A stretch of 64,000 nt of DNA from an uncultured archaeon (GTDB lineage: Archaea; Asgardarchaeota; Lokiarchaeia; Sigyniarchaeales; SOKP01). Made by a program: the position numbers and the translations under genes. Of the stretch, positions 1-11,185 are shown piece by piece; the first letter of the stretch is position 1, and each line of letters starts with the position of its first letter. The stretch covers positions 392,242 through 456,241 of the forward strand of contig CAZALK010000001.1 of assembly GCA_964486045.1 (NCBI GenBank), read 5' to 3'. Below the pieces are notes generated by a model. The model worked only from the letters and a program-made list of their open reading frames with translations. It had not been told where the DNA came from and did not search any database.

Positions 1-646
1 ATTTAAGGAACGCCACATTAAATCCTTTTATTTCTACGATAATCCTATTGCAACTGGGACATCGTGGCGAGTACTCGGGAAACCAGTGTCCTTTTATGTT
101 TGGCATCTGCTTAAGCATGGCATTGAATTTCAATTTCTCTAAATCTTTGTTACCCACTTGAAGTAATTGTTGCTCTTCGGCAATAGATTTTCCTTTTGGT
201 GCCAAGACCATTAAGAATTTCATTTTTTTTGGTTTATTCAACAAAGATAATGTTCGTAAAATCGCCTCTTCTTTATATTGATTAAATAGCTTTCCTAGCT
301 CTGGAGGTGCTAATGCAGCTAGAATGGCTTGAGGTTTCTCTTTTTTTTCAGTTTTTTGAAACAGGAACTGATACATTCGATTTTGGTCATCACAAGCCCA
401 AAGAAAATTAAAACTAGAAATATCATAATCCTCATCATTAGGTCCAACTATTCTTTTAATACATTCTGTCCATGAATAATGTTTGAAATTATACAAGTTT
501 GAGAGGATATCATCGAAAAACTCAGGTTCAATTACAGGAAAAGTTTGAAATATATTTTTTAATGAAAATAATTTTACTTGAGTTAAATTTTTTGAACTAA
601 GTTTATCCCAAGGTGTAAATAGTTTAACATTAAAAAAAACATTCAT
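1..646 (-). CDS. Hypothetical protein, 3' end outside the window, with CPSC Zn-ribbon-like motif
   Basis: Manually translated open frame from ATG at 646: MNVFFNVKLFTPWD...GHWFPEYSPRCPSCNRIIVE; runs off the window edge. Confidence 0.7.
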   Translation of the reverse strand, partial: MNVFFNVKLFTPWDKLSSKNLTQVKLFSLKNIFQTFPVIEPEFFDDILSNLYNFKHYSWTECIKRIVGPNDEDYDISSFNFLWACDDQNRMYQFLFQKTEKKEKPQAILAALAPPELGKLFNQYKEEAILRTLSLLNKPKKMKFLMVLAPKGKSIAEEQQLLQVGNKDLEKLKFNAMLKQMPNIKGHWFPEYSPRCPSCNRIIVEIKGFNVAFLK

Positions 647-733
647 ATAATATCAATAAACACTATGTTTAAAAATTGATTTTATATGATAAATTAATAT
701 TTTTTAAAAATTTCATTCAATAGAATATTATTT

Positions 734-1903
734 ATGTCTTTAATTTGGGATACTAAAGCTGATGTCGTACATAAAGGAGACGAATTAAGAGATGTCTCGC
801 CTTCATATGATAAAACTTATATGGATAAAGAAGGGATTACCCATTATGTATTCAGCAATATTATGTTTAATAATCCCAGATATAGTATACCCTCAAACGA
901 TATTAAACTTTTCGAAAGATTCATCGATGGTGGTTCAAGGGAATATCCTTCTGATGGAAATATTCCTACAGATTTAGTAGCGGGGGAAGCGAGGATTATT
1001 TTAAAAGAGATCACTAAAATATCTAAAAATCCTAGAGCAACTTACCATAAAGAAGCTTTTGAATCATTGCAGAAAGGTAAGCTTGCAATAATAAGAGGAA
1101 CCGTGAAATTATATTTAGGTAAATTTACGACAAGAGATTGGAGAAGAAAGAGGTTTACGGATGATATAGATTTCTGGATGCACAAGATTGAATTATTAGA
1201 ACATGTGTTAAAGAAAACTGGTTGGGTAAGGAATAAGAAAACACGTGAATGGGAAAAAAAAGTGTATTGGAATAATCCTTTTTCGAATGAAAGAGAAGAG
1301 CATGTACTTGTCGCATCTAACGATATTAATCAAGCTCTTGATTTTGGTGGAGGGAGTTATCTTGATGGTACTTCTTTAAAGGATATTTTTAAAAAGAAAA
1401 TTAAAAGAGGACATGATGTTGATATTAGTGATATTATTAATGTAGCCATGGTTTTCAATAAATCAGAGGGTTTTGCAGTTGATAAATGGTATGAAGGGTG
1501 GGATGCTTTTGAGGAAAGTGCAAATACTCGAAGTACAAGAACTATTTCAAATTTAATAACTCTAATAAGGCATTCTTTTTCAATTGCACATTATCTTGAA
1601 AGAGTAGGGAATGTATTAATTAAACTCCACGATTTGATTTTTGATCAAATTATATTTCCGAACCAAAAAATTGTAAAAATCACTCGAGTTTCAGTTCATT
1701 GGCAAAAATACCTAAAAAGACATGGTCCAGACATTACAAGGGAATTAATTCATAACTATATTTTTGAACAAGGTCATTTCAAGTTATACTATTCAAAAAA
1801 TCTCAAGCACTTTGGAGAAAAAGTGCTAGAGCTATTGAATTCTAGGTTATTGAACGCTAAAGTAGTTTTTGAAATAGAAAAAGAAGATTACCTCATTTAT
1901 TAA
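734..1903 (+). CDS. Putative nucleotidyltransferase-fold protein (AbiEii/DUF2204-like motifs)
   Basis: IIRGTVKLYLG...RRKRFTDDIDF (RxTxDxD) and KIKRGHDVDISDI; paralog of the next ORF. Confidence 0.55.
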   Translation: MSLIWDTKADVVHKGDELRDVSPSYDKTYMDKEGITHYVFSNIMFNNPRYSIPSNDIKLFERFIDGGSREYPSDGNIPTDLVAGEARIILKEITKISKNPRATYHKEAFESLQKGKLAIIRGTVKLYLGKFTTRDWRRKRFTDDIDFWMHKIELLEHVLKKTGWVRNKKTREWEKKVYWNNPFSNEREEHVLVASNDINQALDFGGGSYLDGTSLKDIFKKKIKRGHDVDISDIINVAMVFNKSEGFAVDKWYEGWDAFEESANTRSTRTISNLITLIRHSFSIAHYLERVGNVLIKLHDLIFDQIIFPNQKIVKITRVSVHWQKYLKRHGPDITRELIHNYIFEQGHFKLYYSKNLKHFGEKVLELLNSRLLNAKVVFEIEKEDYLIY

Positions 1904-1996
1904 TGTATTCTTAGCATATAATAATCGAATTGTTTTAAGAGAAATGTAGATTTAATAAAATAGCAATTTTAGCACATCTAATTAGTTGTTGGAAAT

Positions 1997-3145
1997 ATGG
2001 AAGGGATTTGGGACTTAAGGACAGATGCTGTTCAAGAAGGTGACAAGTTAAGAGATGTATCCCCTATTACTCATAAAACTAGAATTGATGAAAATGGTTA
2101 TACGCATTATCTATTTAAAGGACAACTATTTAAAACACCTTCTTACAGAATTCCAGAGGATGATTTTAAATTATTTAGAATGTTTTTAGATGGCGAGGCC
2201 CTAATTTACCCCTCGGATGGAGACATACCCTTAGATATTGTTGCTGTAGAAGCTAAAAAAGTTTTAAACTACATCGTTACATGTTCCTTAAATTTAAACT
2301 CCCCCTATTATAAGGACGCTAATATTTCTTTGAAAAATGGTAAAAAATCTTTAGTGAGAGGTGCTTTAAAGTTATATTTGGGCAAATTTACAACCAATGA
2401 TTGGAGGAGAAAACGTTTAACCGGTTCAATTGATTTTTTTACGTTTCAGGTGAGTTTGTTAGATCATTCATTAACACAGATGGGCTGGTTGAAAAATAAA
2501 GAGACTAATTATTGGGAAAAAAATCTACAATGGTCCGATCCTGACAATCCAAAAGTATTATATGATGTGGTTTGTAAAGCAAATAACCTTAACCAATTAC
2601 TCGATTTTGTTGCTGAAAATTATTTTGAGGGAACGAAACTTAGAGAAATTTTCATTACAAAACTAAAACGTGGACTTAATGTTGATTTAAATGATATAAT
2701 TAATGTAGTTCTATGTATTTATGATTCAAATAGTAAAAATAAAGGAGAGTGGGATGATGTGTGGGAATCTTTTGAAGTGACCACAAATACTCGAGACGCA
2801 AAAATTACTTCAAATATAATTAGCTTATGTTGTTTTTCATTAGGTATTGCTGATCATTTAGAACGAATTAGCTTTGCCTTAGATAAGCATCATATTAAAA
2901 TTTTTGACAAAAAAGAATATCTTGATCAATCAATAAGAAAAGTTAGTAGAAAATTAATGAACTGGAGAAATGATCTCGAGGGAAATGGTCCAGAAGTAAC
3001 AAGAGATATGATTCATGAGTTTTTACTTAAACAAAAAGAGGAAAAGCTAAAACATGTGAGAAATTTAAGAACTTTTTCGCAAGATATTTTAAAATTGCTT
3101 AATTCTAAATATGAATATCTAAAAATTATATTTGAAATTGATTAG
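1997..3145 (+). CDS. Paralog of 734-1903 with degenerate NTase motif
   Basis: Colinear similarity (IWD..D.V..GD.LRDVSP; YPSDG.IP.D; KLYLGKFTT.DWRRKR) but RLTGSIDF instead of RFTDDIDF. Confidence 0.6.
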   Translation: MEGIWDLRTDAVQEGDKLRDVSPITHKTRIDENGYTHYLFKGQLFKTPSYRIPEDDFKLFRMFLDGEALIYPSDGDIPLDIVAVEAKKVLNYIVTCSLNLNSPYYKDANISLKNGKKSLVRGALKLYLGKFTTNDWRRKRLTGSIDFFTFQVSLLDHSLTQMGWLKNKETNYWEKNLQWSDPDNPKVLYDVVCKANNLNQLLDFVAENYFEGTKLREIFITKLKRGLNVDLNDIINVVLCIYDSNSKNKGEWDDVWESFEVTTNTRDAKITSNIISLCCFSLGIADHLERISFALDKHHIKIFDKKEYLDQSIRKVSRKLMNWRNDLEGNGPEVTRDMIHEFLLKQKEEKLKHVRNLRTFSQDILKLLNSKYEYLKIIFEID

Positions 3146-3659
3146 TTAATTGCTCTGCCTCATGCTTAGATTCACCATCTTTTAAAAATCGTTCGCTTGT
3201 TATACCATGAAGTAGTGAAAATCCAACAACTGAAATCAGAGACAATATCCCCGCTAGATACCACACCCAGTTTGGTCCAAGATTTTCCATTACCATTCCA
3301 GCGCCTAAAATCCCAAACAGATTAGGAATCGTCCAATGGAAACCATAAATCGCCATATACCGTCCTCGTTTATCTTCAGGAGCAAAAAAAGCAGCTGTGG
3401 CTTGTCCAATAGGTGCTACAATCATCTCCCCAACGGTAATAATAATCATTGCTATAAAAAACAAATATGTCTCAGAAACAAAGCCGTACATACTAAATCC
3501 AACTAGATAGAAGATGGTTCCAATTGCCATCATTTTCATGGGAGCATATTTTGAAATTTTTCTGGTTATCCAGAATTGAAACAGCACTACCATAAGTGCA
3601 TTCATACTTAATAATAAGCTAAAATTCTGAACGGGAAATTCATGAACATCCCGTAAAAA
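3126..3659 (-). pseudogene. 5'-truncated MFS transporter (C-terminal half only)
   Basis: TM helices and APEDKRGRYMA motif; frame extends upstream as FLRDVHEFPVQNFSLLLS and meets a stop near 3660; N-terminal half absent. Confidence 0.7.
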
Positions 3660-3961
3660 TTAACGATGTTTATGGTGTTTTACATAATAATTTTTAATAT
3701 TTATAGATAAATTTATTGAACTTTACTTGAACTATGAAACGAGGAATTTTGGTATAAAAAAAGAAATTGCTCCCTCAATTTTAAATCTTTAATTGAATGG
3801 GAGAAATAAATAAATAGGCTAGTCTGATAAGCGAAATAAAGAAGAAAATTAACGATAATAATTTAAAAATTCTTTTAATAACAATTTTTTTATGGGAAAA
3901 ATTTTGCTATGAAATGTACCAATGGAAATAATATAATTATTTTGTTATCTTTATAAAAATA

Positions 3962-5215
3962 GTGAAAAAAATGTATGATTATTTATTAAGTGAAGAAAAT
4001 AAGATATTTAGAGAAGAGGTCCGAGAGGTAGTAAAAAACTCTGTATCACCCACTTTGTTAAAAAAAATGGATAAAGATGAGATACAATACCCAGCAGAGT
4101 GGTTACAAGAATTAGCAAAGCATAACTTAATAGGAATAAGGTTTTCAAAAGCGTATGGAGGACGAGGATTAAATTGGGAGAGCGAAATTATTGCTCTAGA
4201 AGAAATTGGAGTACTTGGGAGTTCACTCGCATGTTTATTTTCATTGCCAAGTATATGTGGAGAAGCACTTAATAAATTTGGAACGAATTTTCAGAAGGAG
4301 AAATACTTAAAACCTATGTGCGAAGGAAAGAAGTTCACGGCAGAAGCTTTAACTGAGCCACGAGGTGGGTCTGATTTCTTTGGTTCTACATGTACAGCTG
4401 TAAAGGAAGGCGATGATTATATATTAAACGGGGAAAAAAGATTTGTAGTTGGTGCAGAAGGTGCGGATTTTTTCTTGGTTTATGCAAAAACAGATTTTAG
4501 TCAAAATGTAGATTCTCGTCAATCACTGAGTTTATTTATTGTAGATAAAAGTGATGATTTAATTGTTGAATATCTTTTTGGGTTGCTAGGAACCCGTGGT
4601 GGGGGAGCAGGACGTATTAAGTTTAAGGATGTAAAAGTACCGAAAAAGAACATAATCCTCGAAGAAGGTGCAGGAGGTCAAATTTTTTATCAAATGATGG
4701 TTCCAGAGAGGTTGACAACTGCGTCTGGCTTTATAGGACTAGCACGAGCAAGTTTAAGAATTGCAACTAAATATAGTACAAAAAGAAAAGCTTTTGGGCA
4801 AACAATTAAAAACTTTCAAGGTGTTAATTTCAAAATTGCAGATAGTATTACTCTTTTAGATGCAGTAAGAGCTATTGTTTTTAATACAGCTAAAGTCATT
4901 GATTCCGGAGCTCCGGCCTCATTGCAGAGACGATTAGTATCAGAATCGAAAAAATTTTCAACAAAGTCATGTTGGAAGATTATCAACAATGCAATGCAAA
5001 TAATGGGTGGAATAGGCTACACTACTATCTACCCGCTTGAAAGATTATTAAGAGATGCCAAAATTGGAGAGATTTGGACGGGAACCACTCAAGTGATGAA
5101 TATGATCATCGCACATGAATATTACAAGGAAATTTTAAGCGATAAGTGGATTGGACGAGATATAGAACAAGACGCTATTGATGCTGATCATGATGAAGAA
5201 AAGCACTATGGTTAA
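3962..5215 (+). CDS. Acyl-CoA dehydrogenase
   Basis: ALTEPRGGSD, LNGEKRFV, RKAFGQ, QIMGGIGY motifs. Confidence 0.95.
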   Translation: MKKMYDYLLSEENKIFREEVREVVKNSVSPTLLKKMDKDEIQYPAEWLQELAKHNLIGIRFSKAYGGRGLNWESEIIALEEIGVLGSSLACLFSLPSICGEALNKFGTNFQKEKYLKPMCEGKKFTAEALTEPRGGSDFFGSTCTAVKEGDDYILNGEKRFVVGAEGADFFLVYAKTDFSQNVDSRQSLSLFIVDKSDDLIVEYLFGLLGTRGGGAGRIKFKDVKVPKKNIILEEGAGGQIFYQMMVPERLTTASGFIGLARASLRIATKYSTKRKAFGQTIKNFQGVNFKIADSITLLDAVRAIVFNTAKVIDSGAPASLQRRLVSESKKFSTKSCWKIINNAMQIMGGIGYTTIYPLERLLRDAKIGEIWTGTTQVMNMIIAHEYYKEILSDKWIGRDIEQDAIDADHDEEKHYG

Positions 5216-5282
5216 AAATCATCGTGAAAGATGCGTTTCACGATCATTTTAAAAAACAATTTAAATGCTTTAGAAAGAGATT

Positions 5283-6740
5283 TCAGCTTTTCTTGAATTC
5301 TTTGAATAAACTTCTCATTTTTAAGAAAGAATTAATAAAGGCTAAAAGTCTTCTTGGGTTCAAAAGAAATAGCAATCCTCGAGTTTTAAGTAAACGTTTA
5401 CCTGAAGCTTTTAAATTATTAACGTATTTTAATTCTCTATAAGAGTAATATAAGAGATCATATAATTGTTTTGAGCTTAATTGATGAGTTTTAATAACAG
5501 GATAAAATACTGTATAATTAGACCATTCTTTGGAAACAATTAAACTTTGCTGATCTAATTCTTCCATTACAACACTTCCGGGAAATGGGGTTAATATCAC
5601 AAAACTCACTATATCTACATCCACATTCTTCATATATTTTATTTCTTTAACAACATCTTCTTCTGTTTCATATAAATCAAGCCCAATAATTAAATTCCCT
5701 AGGACAATTAGATTATTCTTGTGTAAAATTTTTAGTGCTTCAACCACTTTTTTAAATTCGAATCCTTTTCTCGTTTCTTTAAGAGATTCTTCATTAATAC
5801 TTTCTATCCCTATAAAAACAACCCAGAATCCTGCTTGAGCCATTTTTTTTACCATTTGAGGTGCCTTTACAATAGAATCTACCCTAATTTGTGCAAAAAA
5901 TTTAAAATCATTAATTTCTTTTTTTTGTTTACATTCAATTATTCTTTCACACAAATTTTCAATTCTTTTAGTGTTTGCAGTTAAATTATCGTCTACAAAA
6001 AAGATATCTGTAATTTTTCTATTTTGAGAGATCAATTTTAATTCTGTAATAATTTTCTCAATTGGTCGTGCCCTCCATAATTGATTATTGAAAACATGAG
6101 TTGTACAAAATTTACAACTGTAAGGACAACCCCTAGAAGTTTCCACCGTTTCTAATCTCACTGTAAACATTTTATATTTGTTTTTCTTTGTTAGTTCTCT
6201 TGCTGGATATCTTATATTCTCAAAGTCTTTTATTAATGGTCTATCAGGATTATGAATTATCTTTCCATTAGATTTATAGGACATCCCTTCTACACCTTCA
6301 GGAGTACCTTTAATGACAAATTCTCTAAAAGTTAATTCTCCTTCTCCTCTTACTAATATATCAACCTCATTGATATTTAGTGTTGAATTGGGCTCAAAAG
6401 TGGGATGTCGCCCACCAAATATCACAAAACAATTTGGATTAACCTTTTTTACGATCTTTGCTACATCAATTGAGATTTTTAATGCTGCAGATACAAAAAC
6501 AGAGATTCCAACTATATCGGGATTAAATTTTTCAATTTTTTTTTTGATTTGTTTACTGGATAAGTTTCTTACTTTTGTATCAAGAATTTCAACATCAACA
6601 TCTAAATCAATTAAATAGCTAGCGATATATGATAAATTTATTGGGGGAAAATCCATATTTAAATAATCCCATCCAATTGTTCTATAATTTGGTTTGATAA
6701 GTAAAATTTTTTTTCGGTGAGGATTCTGTTTTTTTGACAT
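5283..6740 (-). CDS. Cobalamin-binding radical SAM protein
   Basis: N-terminal B12-binding domain (GGRHPT, VRGEGE); ETSRGCPYSCKFC; FFVDDN. Confidence 0.9.
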   Translation of the reverse strand: MSKKQNPHRKKILLIKPNYRTIGWDYLNMDFPPINLSYIASYLIDLDVDVEILDTKVRNLSSKQIKKKIEKFNPDIVGISVFVSAALKISIDVAKIVKKVNPNCFVIFGGRHPTFEPNSTLNINEVDILVRGEGELTFREFVIKGTPEGVEGMSYKSNGKIIHNPDRPLIKDFENIRYPARELTKKNKYKMFTVRLETVETSRGCPYSCKFCTTHVFNNQLWRARPIEKIITELKLISQNRKITDIFFVDDNLTANTKRIENLCERIIECKQKKEINDFKFFAQIRVDSIVKAPQMVKKMAQAGFWVVFIGIESINEESLKETRKGFEFKKVVEALKILHKNNLIVLGNLIIGLDLYETEEDVVKEIKYMKNVDVDIVSFVILTPFPGSVVMEELDQQSLIVSKEWSNYTVFYPVIKTHQLSSKQLYDLLYYSYRELKYVNNLKASGKRLLKTRGLLFLLNPRRLLAFINSFLKMRSLFKEFKKS

Positions 6741-6755
6741 TTCTTACTCCACTAT

Positions 6756-8288
6756 TTAGTCCATAAGTTTGGTGATTTCAGTTTGTAAATCTACCATATG
6801 GTTTAGATTGCCTGATCTTATTTGTTTTATGTTTTTCTTTTTGATTCCTTTTAGGTTATTCAAGACAATTTTTTTCCATTTTAAATAGCTTGTAATTGCA
6901 TTGTAGATTCTTGAGGGTCGGAGTGTATAAGAATATCCTCTTGATCCAACAGTTCGACGAAATAATTTAATCTTATTACTTAAATTTCCCGCATAGAATC
7001 CAACAGCATAAAATCCAAGAAAAAGTAACTTTTTTAGAATTTCAGGCGAGAAGTTATTAGTTTTGATTACTGGGGTTAGCCAGTTAAAATTATCATACTC
7101 TTCTGTGAGGAGCATTTTTTTCTCTTTCATTTCTTTGTAAAAACCGGTTGCAGGAAAGGGTGTTAGTAATGTAAAACTTGGTAAATCTAAAGTTAAATTT
7201 CCAGTTCTATTAATAGTAGTAAGGACATCTTTTAAAGTATCATCAATATCAGCTCCTAAAATGACATTTCCCATAACAATTATTCCATTTTTATGTAAAA
7301 TCTTTATTCCTTTCTCAATATCATCCATTTTGCATCCTTTATCAACAAACTTCAATCGTTTATCATCTGTAGCTTCAACACCAACCAAAACAAGCCAAAA
7401 ACCTGCTTCTGCCATCAATCTAATAATTCGTGGACGTCTTGCAATTGAATCCAGGCGTCCTTGAAAGAAGAAATGTAAATTTTTTTTTATTCTCCCACCC
7501 CTTTTACCTTTAATTATTTCTAGACATAATCTCCCAACACGTTGCATATTAACAAGAATATTATCGTCTACAAAAAATACATCTTTAACTTTTTTGTTTC
7601 TTGACACAACTTCCAATTCTTTAATTATATTTTCGACTGACCTTGCTCTCCAAGTTCGGCCATAAACCACATTAGTACTACAGAACTTACACGCTTGTGG
7701 ACATCCACGGGATGTTTCTATAGCATCACAGTTCATATTAAATATTTTATAATTGTAATCTTTAACCAAATGACGAGCTGGCAACTTTAACTCATTTAAA
7801 TTTTTCAAAAATGGTCTGTCTGGATTGTTGATAATTTTACCATTCTTTTTATATGATAATCCGTCAACATTTTCCGGGGTACCCTTCTCAATCAGTTCAC
7901 GGAAAGTAAATTCGCCTTCTCCTCTAACTAAAATATCAATCCATGGAGATGACAAAGTTTGCTCAACTGCTAAAGTAGGATGCCACCCCCCTATTACTGT
8001 TGTTGCCCCATATAATTTTGCAACTTTTGCATGCATGAGCACAAGTTCAATTGCACTAGTAACTGGTACGGATAAACCAACTAAATCAGGTTTGTACTCT
8101 TCGATTTTTTTTTTAACTTGTTGAAGATTTAAATTAGCAGCTTTAGAATCTATAATTATTACATCTACCAAATCTTCTACATATGCAGCGATATATTCAA
8201 GAGCCAAGGGGGGAAAAGCAGAATCATAAAAATCATAACCAGTAGTACTGAAATTAGCAACTAATAATAAAATTTTTTTCCATTTCAT
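6756..8288 (-). CDS. Cobalamin-binding radical SAM protein (paralog)
   Basis: GGWHPT, VRGEGE, ETSRGCPQACKFC, FFVDDN. Confidence 0.9.
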   Translation of the reverse strand: MKWKKILLLVANFSTTGYDFYDSAFPPLALEYIAAYVEDLVDVIIIDSKAANLNLQQVKKKIEEYKPDLVGLSVPVTSAIELVLMHAKVAKLYGATTVIGGWHPTLAVEQTLSSPWIDILVRGEGEFTFRELIEKGTPENVDGLSYKKNGKIINNPDRPFLKNLNELKLPARHLVKDYNYKIFNMNCDAIETSRGCPQACKFCSTNVVYGRTWRARSVENIIKELEVVSRNKKVKDVFFVDDNILVNMQRVGRLCLEIIKGKRGGRIKKNLHFFFQGRLDSIARRPRIIRLMAEAGFWLVLVGVEATDDKRLKFVDKGCKMDDIEKGIKILHKNGIIVMGNVILGADIDDTLKDVLTTINRTGNLTLDLPSFTLLTPFPATGFYKEMKEKKMLLTEEYDNFNWLTPVIKTNNFSPEILKKLLFLGFYAVGFYAGNLSNKIKLFRRTVGSRGYSYTLRPSRIYNAITSYLKWKKIVLNNLKGIKKKNIKQIRSGNLNHMVDLQTEITKLMD

Positions 8289-8442
8289 TTTTTTATATGA
8301 TTTGATTTAATTAAAATAATTAAAAATAATTCTTCTTTTATCTTAGAATAATATAATGAAACCTTTTTAGTTTAAAGATTTGTAGAAAAATAGTTTTTAA
8401 AAAAATTCATTAGATTCTTATTAAATAACTCTCGAACGTTTC

Positions 8443-9600
8443 TTATTTTTGTTTTGATAAATATCTAATTTTGACTAATAAATCGCGTAATTCCATTTTA
8501 TCATTATCAGGGGTAATATATTTTTTTTTAACGCCTTCTGAGAGGGGAACTGTTTCCATTCTATTACCTTGAAGAGAAACCATTTTTCCAAAATTACCCT
8601 TCAAAACAAGCTTCATAGCTGCTAATCCAAATCTTAAGCCCAAAATCCTATCAAATGAATTTGGTGTTCCGGCACGCATAGTGTGACCAAGAACTACACT
8701 TCGACATTCAAAATCTACCCCATTTTTCTGGAATTCTTGTTTTAAGTCATCTCTTAGGTCTAATTCATCGACAATTATTTGAGATATATTTAGCTTTACC
8801 AATAGTGGATTGCCGAATGTATCTTTTGGTAATTTATCTAATGTTTCTTTTGAAATAGTTTTAAAATCTCGATTTAGCGATTCAGGGTTTGGGTAAGCAC
8901 CTTCGGATATAGCTATTATATGATGTTTATAACCCGCATTAACTCTATTTTTTAGAACATTAATCACGTCTTTTTTTAAATCAAAAGGTGTTTCTGGGAT
9001 TAAAATTATATCTGCTCCGGCTGAGATCCCACTATACATGGTTAAAAATCCCGCGTCTCTGCCCATTATTTCTACGACAAATACTCTCTGATGTGAACGA
9101 GCTGTGGTAGTAAGATTATCCATTGCATTAGAAGCTAATTGCGTCGAACTCCAGAAACCAAACGTATAATGTGTTCCTTGCAAGTCATTATCAATGGTTT
9201 TTGGCACCCCTACCACTTTTGCATTAGCATATTTATATAAAGTATCGGCAACTCCAAGGCTATCATCGCCGCCTATTGCTATTAAGGCATCTATTCCCAA
9301 CTCGCCAAACTTGGAGGTTAATTCTTTGGCAATCTGTTCTTTTGATGATCCGCCTTTAAACGGATTTGTCCTGCTAGTAAACAATAATGTACCACCAATA
9401 GTATGTAAATCGTCGTGCTCGGCAATGTTCAGTGGGATCGTAAGATTCTCAATAAAACCTTTCCACCCTTTTAGAATTCCTACACATTCAACATTGGCTT
9501 CATAAGCTTTAAGCATGATCCCGTAAATTACTGAATTTAAACCAGGACAGTCTCCTCCACCGGTTAAGATCCCAATTCTTTTTATTTGAGTTCCCATCAC
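8443..9600 (-). CDS. pfp: 6-phosphofructokinase (PfkA family), probably PPi-dependent
   Basis: TGGGDCPG, MGRDAG; GGDD plus PKTIDND is the PPi-type signature. Confidence 0.85.
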   Translation of the reverse strand: MMGTQIKRIGILTGGGDCPGLNSVIYGIMLKAYEANVECVGILKGWKGFIENLTIPLNIAEHDDLHTIGGTLLFTSRTNPFKGGSSKEQIAKELTSKFGELGIDALIAIGGDDSLGVADTLYKYANAKVVGVPKTIDNDLQGTHYTFGFWSSTQLASNAMDNLTTTARSHQRVFVVEIMGRDAGFLTMYSGISAGADIILIPETPFDLKKDVINVLKNRVNAGYKHHIIAISEGAYPNPESLNRDFKTISKETLDKLPKDTFGNPLLVKLNISQIIVDELDLRDDLKQEFQKNGVDFECRSVVLGHTMRAGTPNSFDRILGLRFGLAAMKLVLKGNFGKMVSLQGNRMETVPLSEGVKKKYITPDNDKMELRDLLVKIRYLSKQK

Positions 9601-9672
9601 TTTTCACATATAACGGAATTGATTTTATAAAACATTAGATAAAATCATATTTTATATTTATTCTAATTCATT

Positions 9673-10209
9673 TTACTTAAGTTTTTCAAACTTATATTTT
9701 GATTTATCATGTGGAATTATATAGCTCCCTCCTTGAGTGTCAGTGATTACTAAAGTAAATTTTAATTGTCCTTTCATAGCTTCTTTCATATCATTAAGGA
9801 GTTCCTCAATTTCAAAAATTTGTTGATCATCTTCCTCAAGACTATTCCTATAAATTGAAACTGCATTTTCAAAACGAAGTAATATACCTTCCACATTAGT
9901 ATAGTAGAAATCTGCTCTTGGGCCTGGTTCTACCAACAACTCAAGTTCTGGGATTTCTAATTTCCCCATCGGTGAACGGTATATTTTTGATTTGAGATCT
10001 GTTTCATTTGAAACTTCAAGAGTTATAATTCCAGAATCCCTATTTGTCGTAAGAGGGATGATATCATTTTTAAGAAAACTACATTTATCACATTCAAATT
10101 TCAAAATCAGCATTTTATCTTTATCTGGTAGATCGTACACTGCTTTATTGATTTTAATTATTCCTTTTGTGCAAGCAGGACATTTAATTGAATAATCTTC
10201 TTGTGTCAT
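9673..10209 (-). CDS. ZPR1 zinc-finger protein
   Basis: CPAC...CDKC, IPELELLVEPG, TNVEGIL. Confidence 0.9.
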   Translation of the reverse strand: MTQEDYSIKCPACTKGIIKINKAVYDLPDKDKMLILKFECDKCSFLKNDIIPLTTNRDSGIITLEVSNETDLKSKIYRSPMGKLEIPELELLVEPGPRADFYYTNVEGILLRFENAVSIYRNSLEEDDQQIFEIEELLNDMKEAMKGQLKFTLVITDTQGGSYIIPHDKSKYKFEKLK

Positions 10210-10607
10210 ATTGACGAGATCAGATGTTTCTTTAATTTAAGATATTGATTGATAATTAAATAAAAGTTCCATCCTTTTTTTCCTTTGGCTAATTTGATAT
10301 TTATATTGATTTTATGATTGAGATGCCTTAAAATTATAAAACTATTTCGAAAATTTTTTATTGATCTCATTTTTTTACGTTATTAGTAAAAGAATAGTTT
10401 ACTATTAGATAATAATATAAAGTTGTGTGATTCTAATGATTAAGAATAAAATTCATCCATTAAAAATCATAAGCATTATATTATTAATAGTGCCTTTACT
10501 TATTTTAGTATAGGAAACTACTTGGCAACTAAAAAATCAATCGGTTTCTACGTTTTTAATGGTTGCACTGAGAATATTACGTACAAAAATCATAGAAGTG
10601 GAAAAAA

Positions 10608-11183
10608 TTGTCGAATGAAAAAATAGTGGAAATAACAATGCATTGCAGAGGTGGTCAAACTTGTATAACGGGAAGTCAATTATTGGCTAAGATGGCGTTT
10701 GAAAAAGGTTTTAAAGATACAATAGCTATTCCAATTATAGGAGCTGAGAGGAGAGGAGCTCCAATACAAGCTTTTACAAAGGTCTCAAAGGTTAAAACAA
10801 TTAAAACATACGACAGTGTAGTGAATCCTGATTATATACTATTGTTTGATATATCATTATTAGATATACCAAAAATTAGAGCGTCTATAAAGGAAGGAGT
10901 CACTCTCATTGTAAATAGCCCTGATCCAATAGACCCAGATGGATTCCCAAAAAATGTAAAGTTTTTTATAGTCGATGCTACAGGGATTTGCATTAAAAAA
11001 GAATTCATGCATTCTAGTGGCCCTATTTTAAATATTCCAATGTTAGGTGCTTTTGGTAAAGTCACAGGTTATTATGATTTAAAAATTATGGAAAAAGTTA
11101 TTAAAAAAGAATTTGGTGAAAAGAAAGGAGAAAAGAATATGAGTGTCGCTAAAGATGCCTACGAGAGTGTGAGAGGGAGTTAA
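10608..11183 (+). CDS. porC: 2-oxoacid:ferredoxin oxidoreductase gamma subunit
   Basis: RGGQ, GAERRGAP, NIPMLGA; operon context. Confidence 0.9.
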   Translation: MSNEKIVEITMHCRGGQTCITGSQLLAKMAFEKGFKDTIAIPIIGAERRGAPIQAFTKVSKVKTIKTYDSVVNPDYILLFDISLLDIPKIRASIKEGVTLIVNSPDPIDPDGFPKNVKFFIVDATGICIKKEFMHSSGPILNIPMLGAFGKVTGYYDLKIMEKVIKKEFGEKKGEKNMSVAKDAYESVRGS

Positions 11184-11185
11184 TC

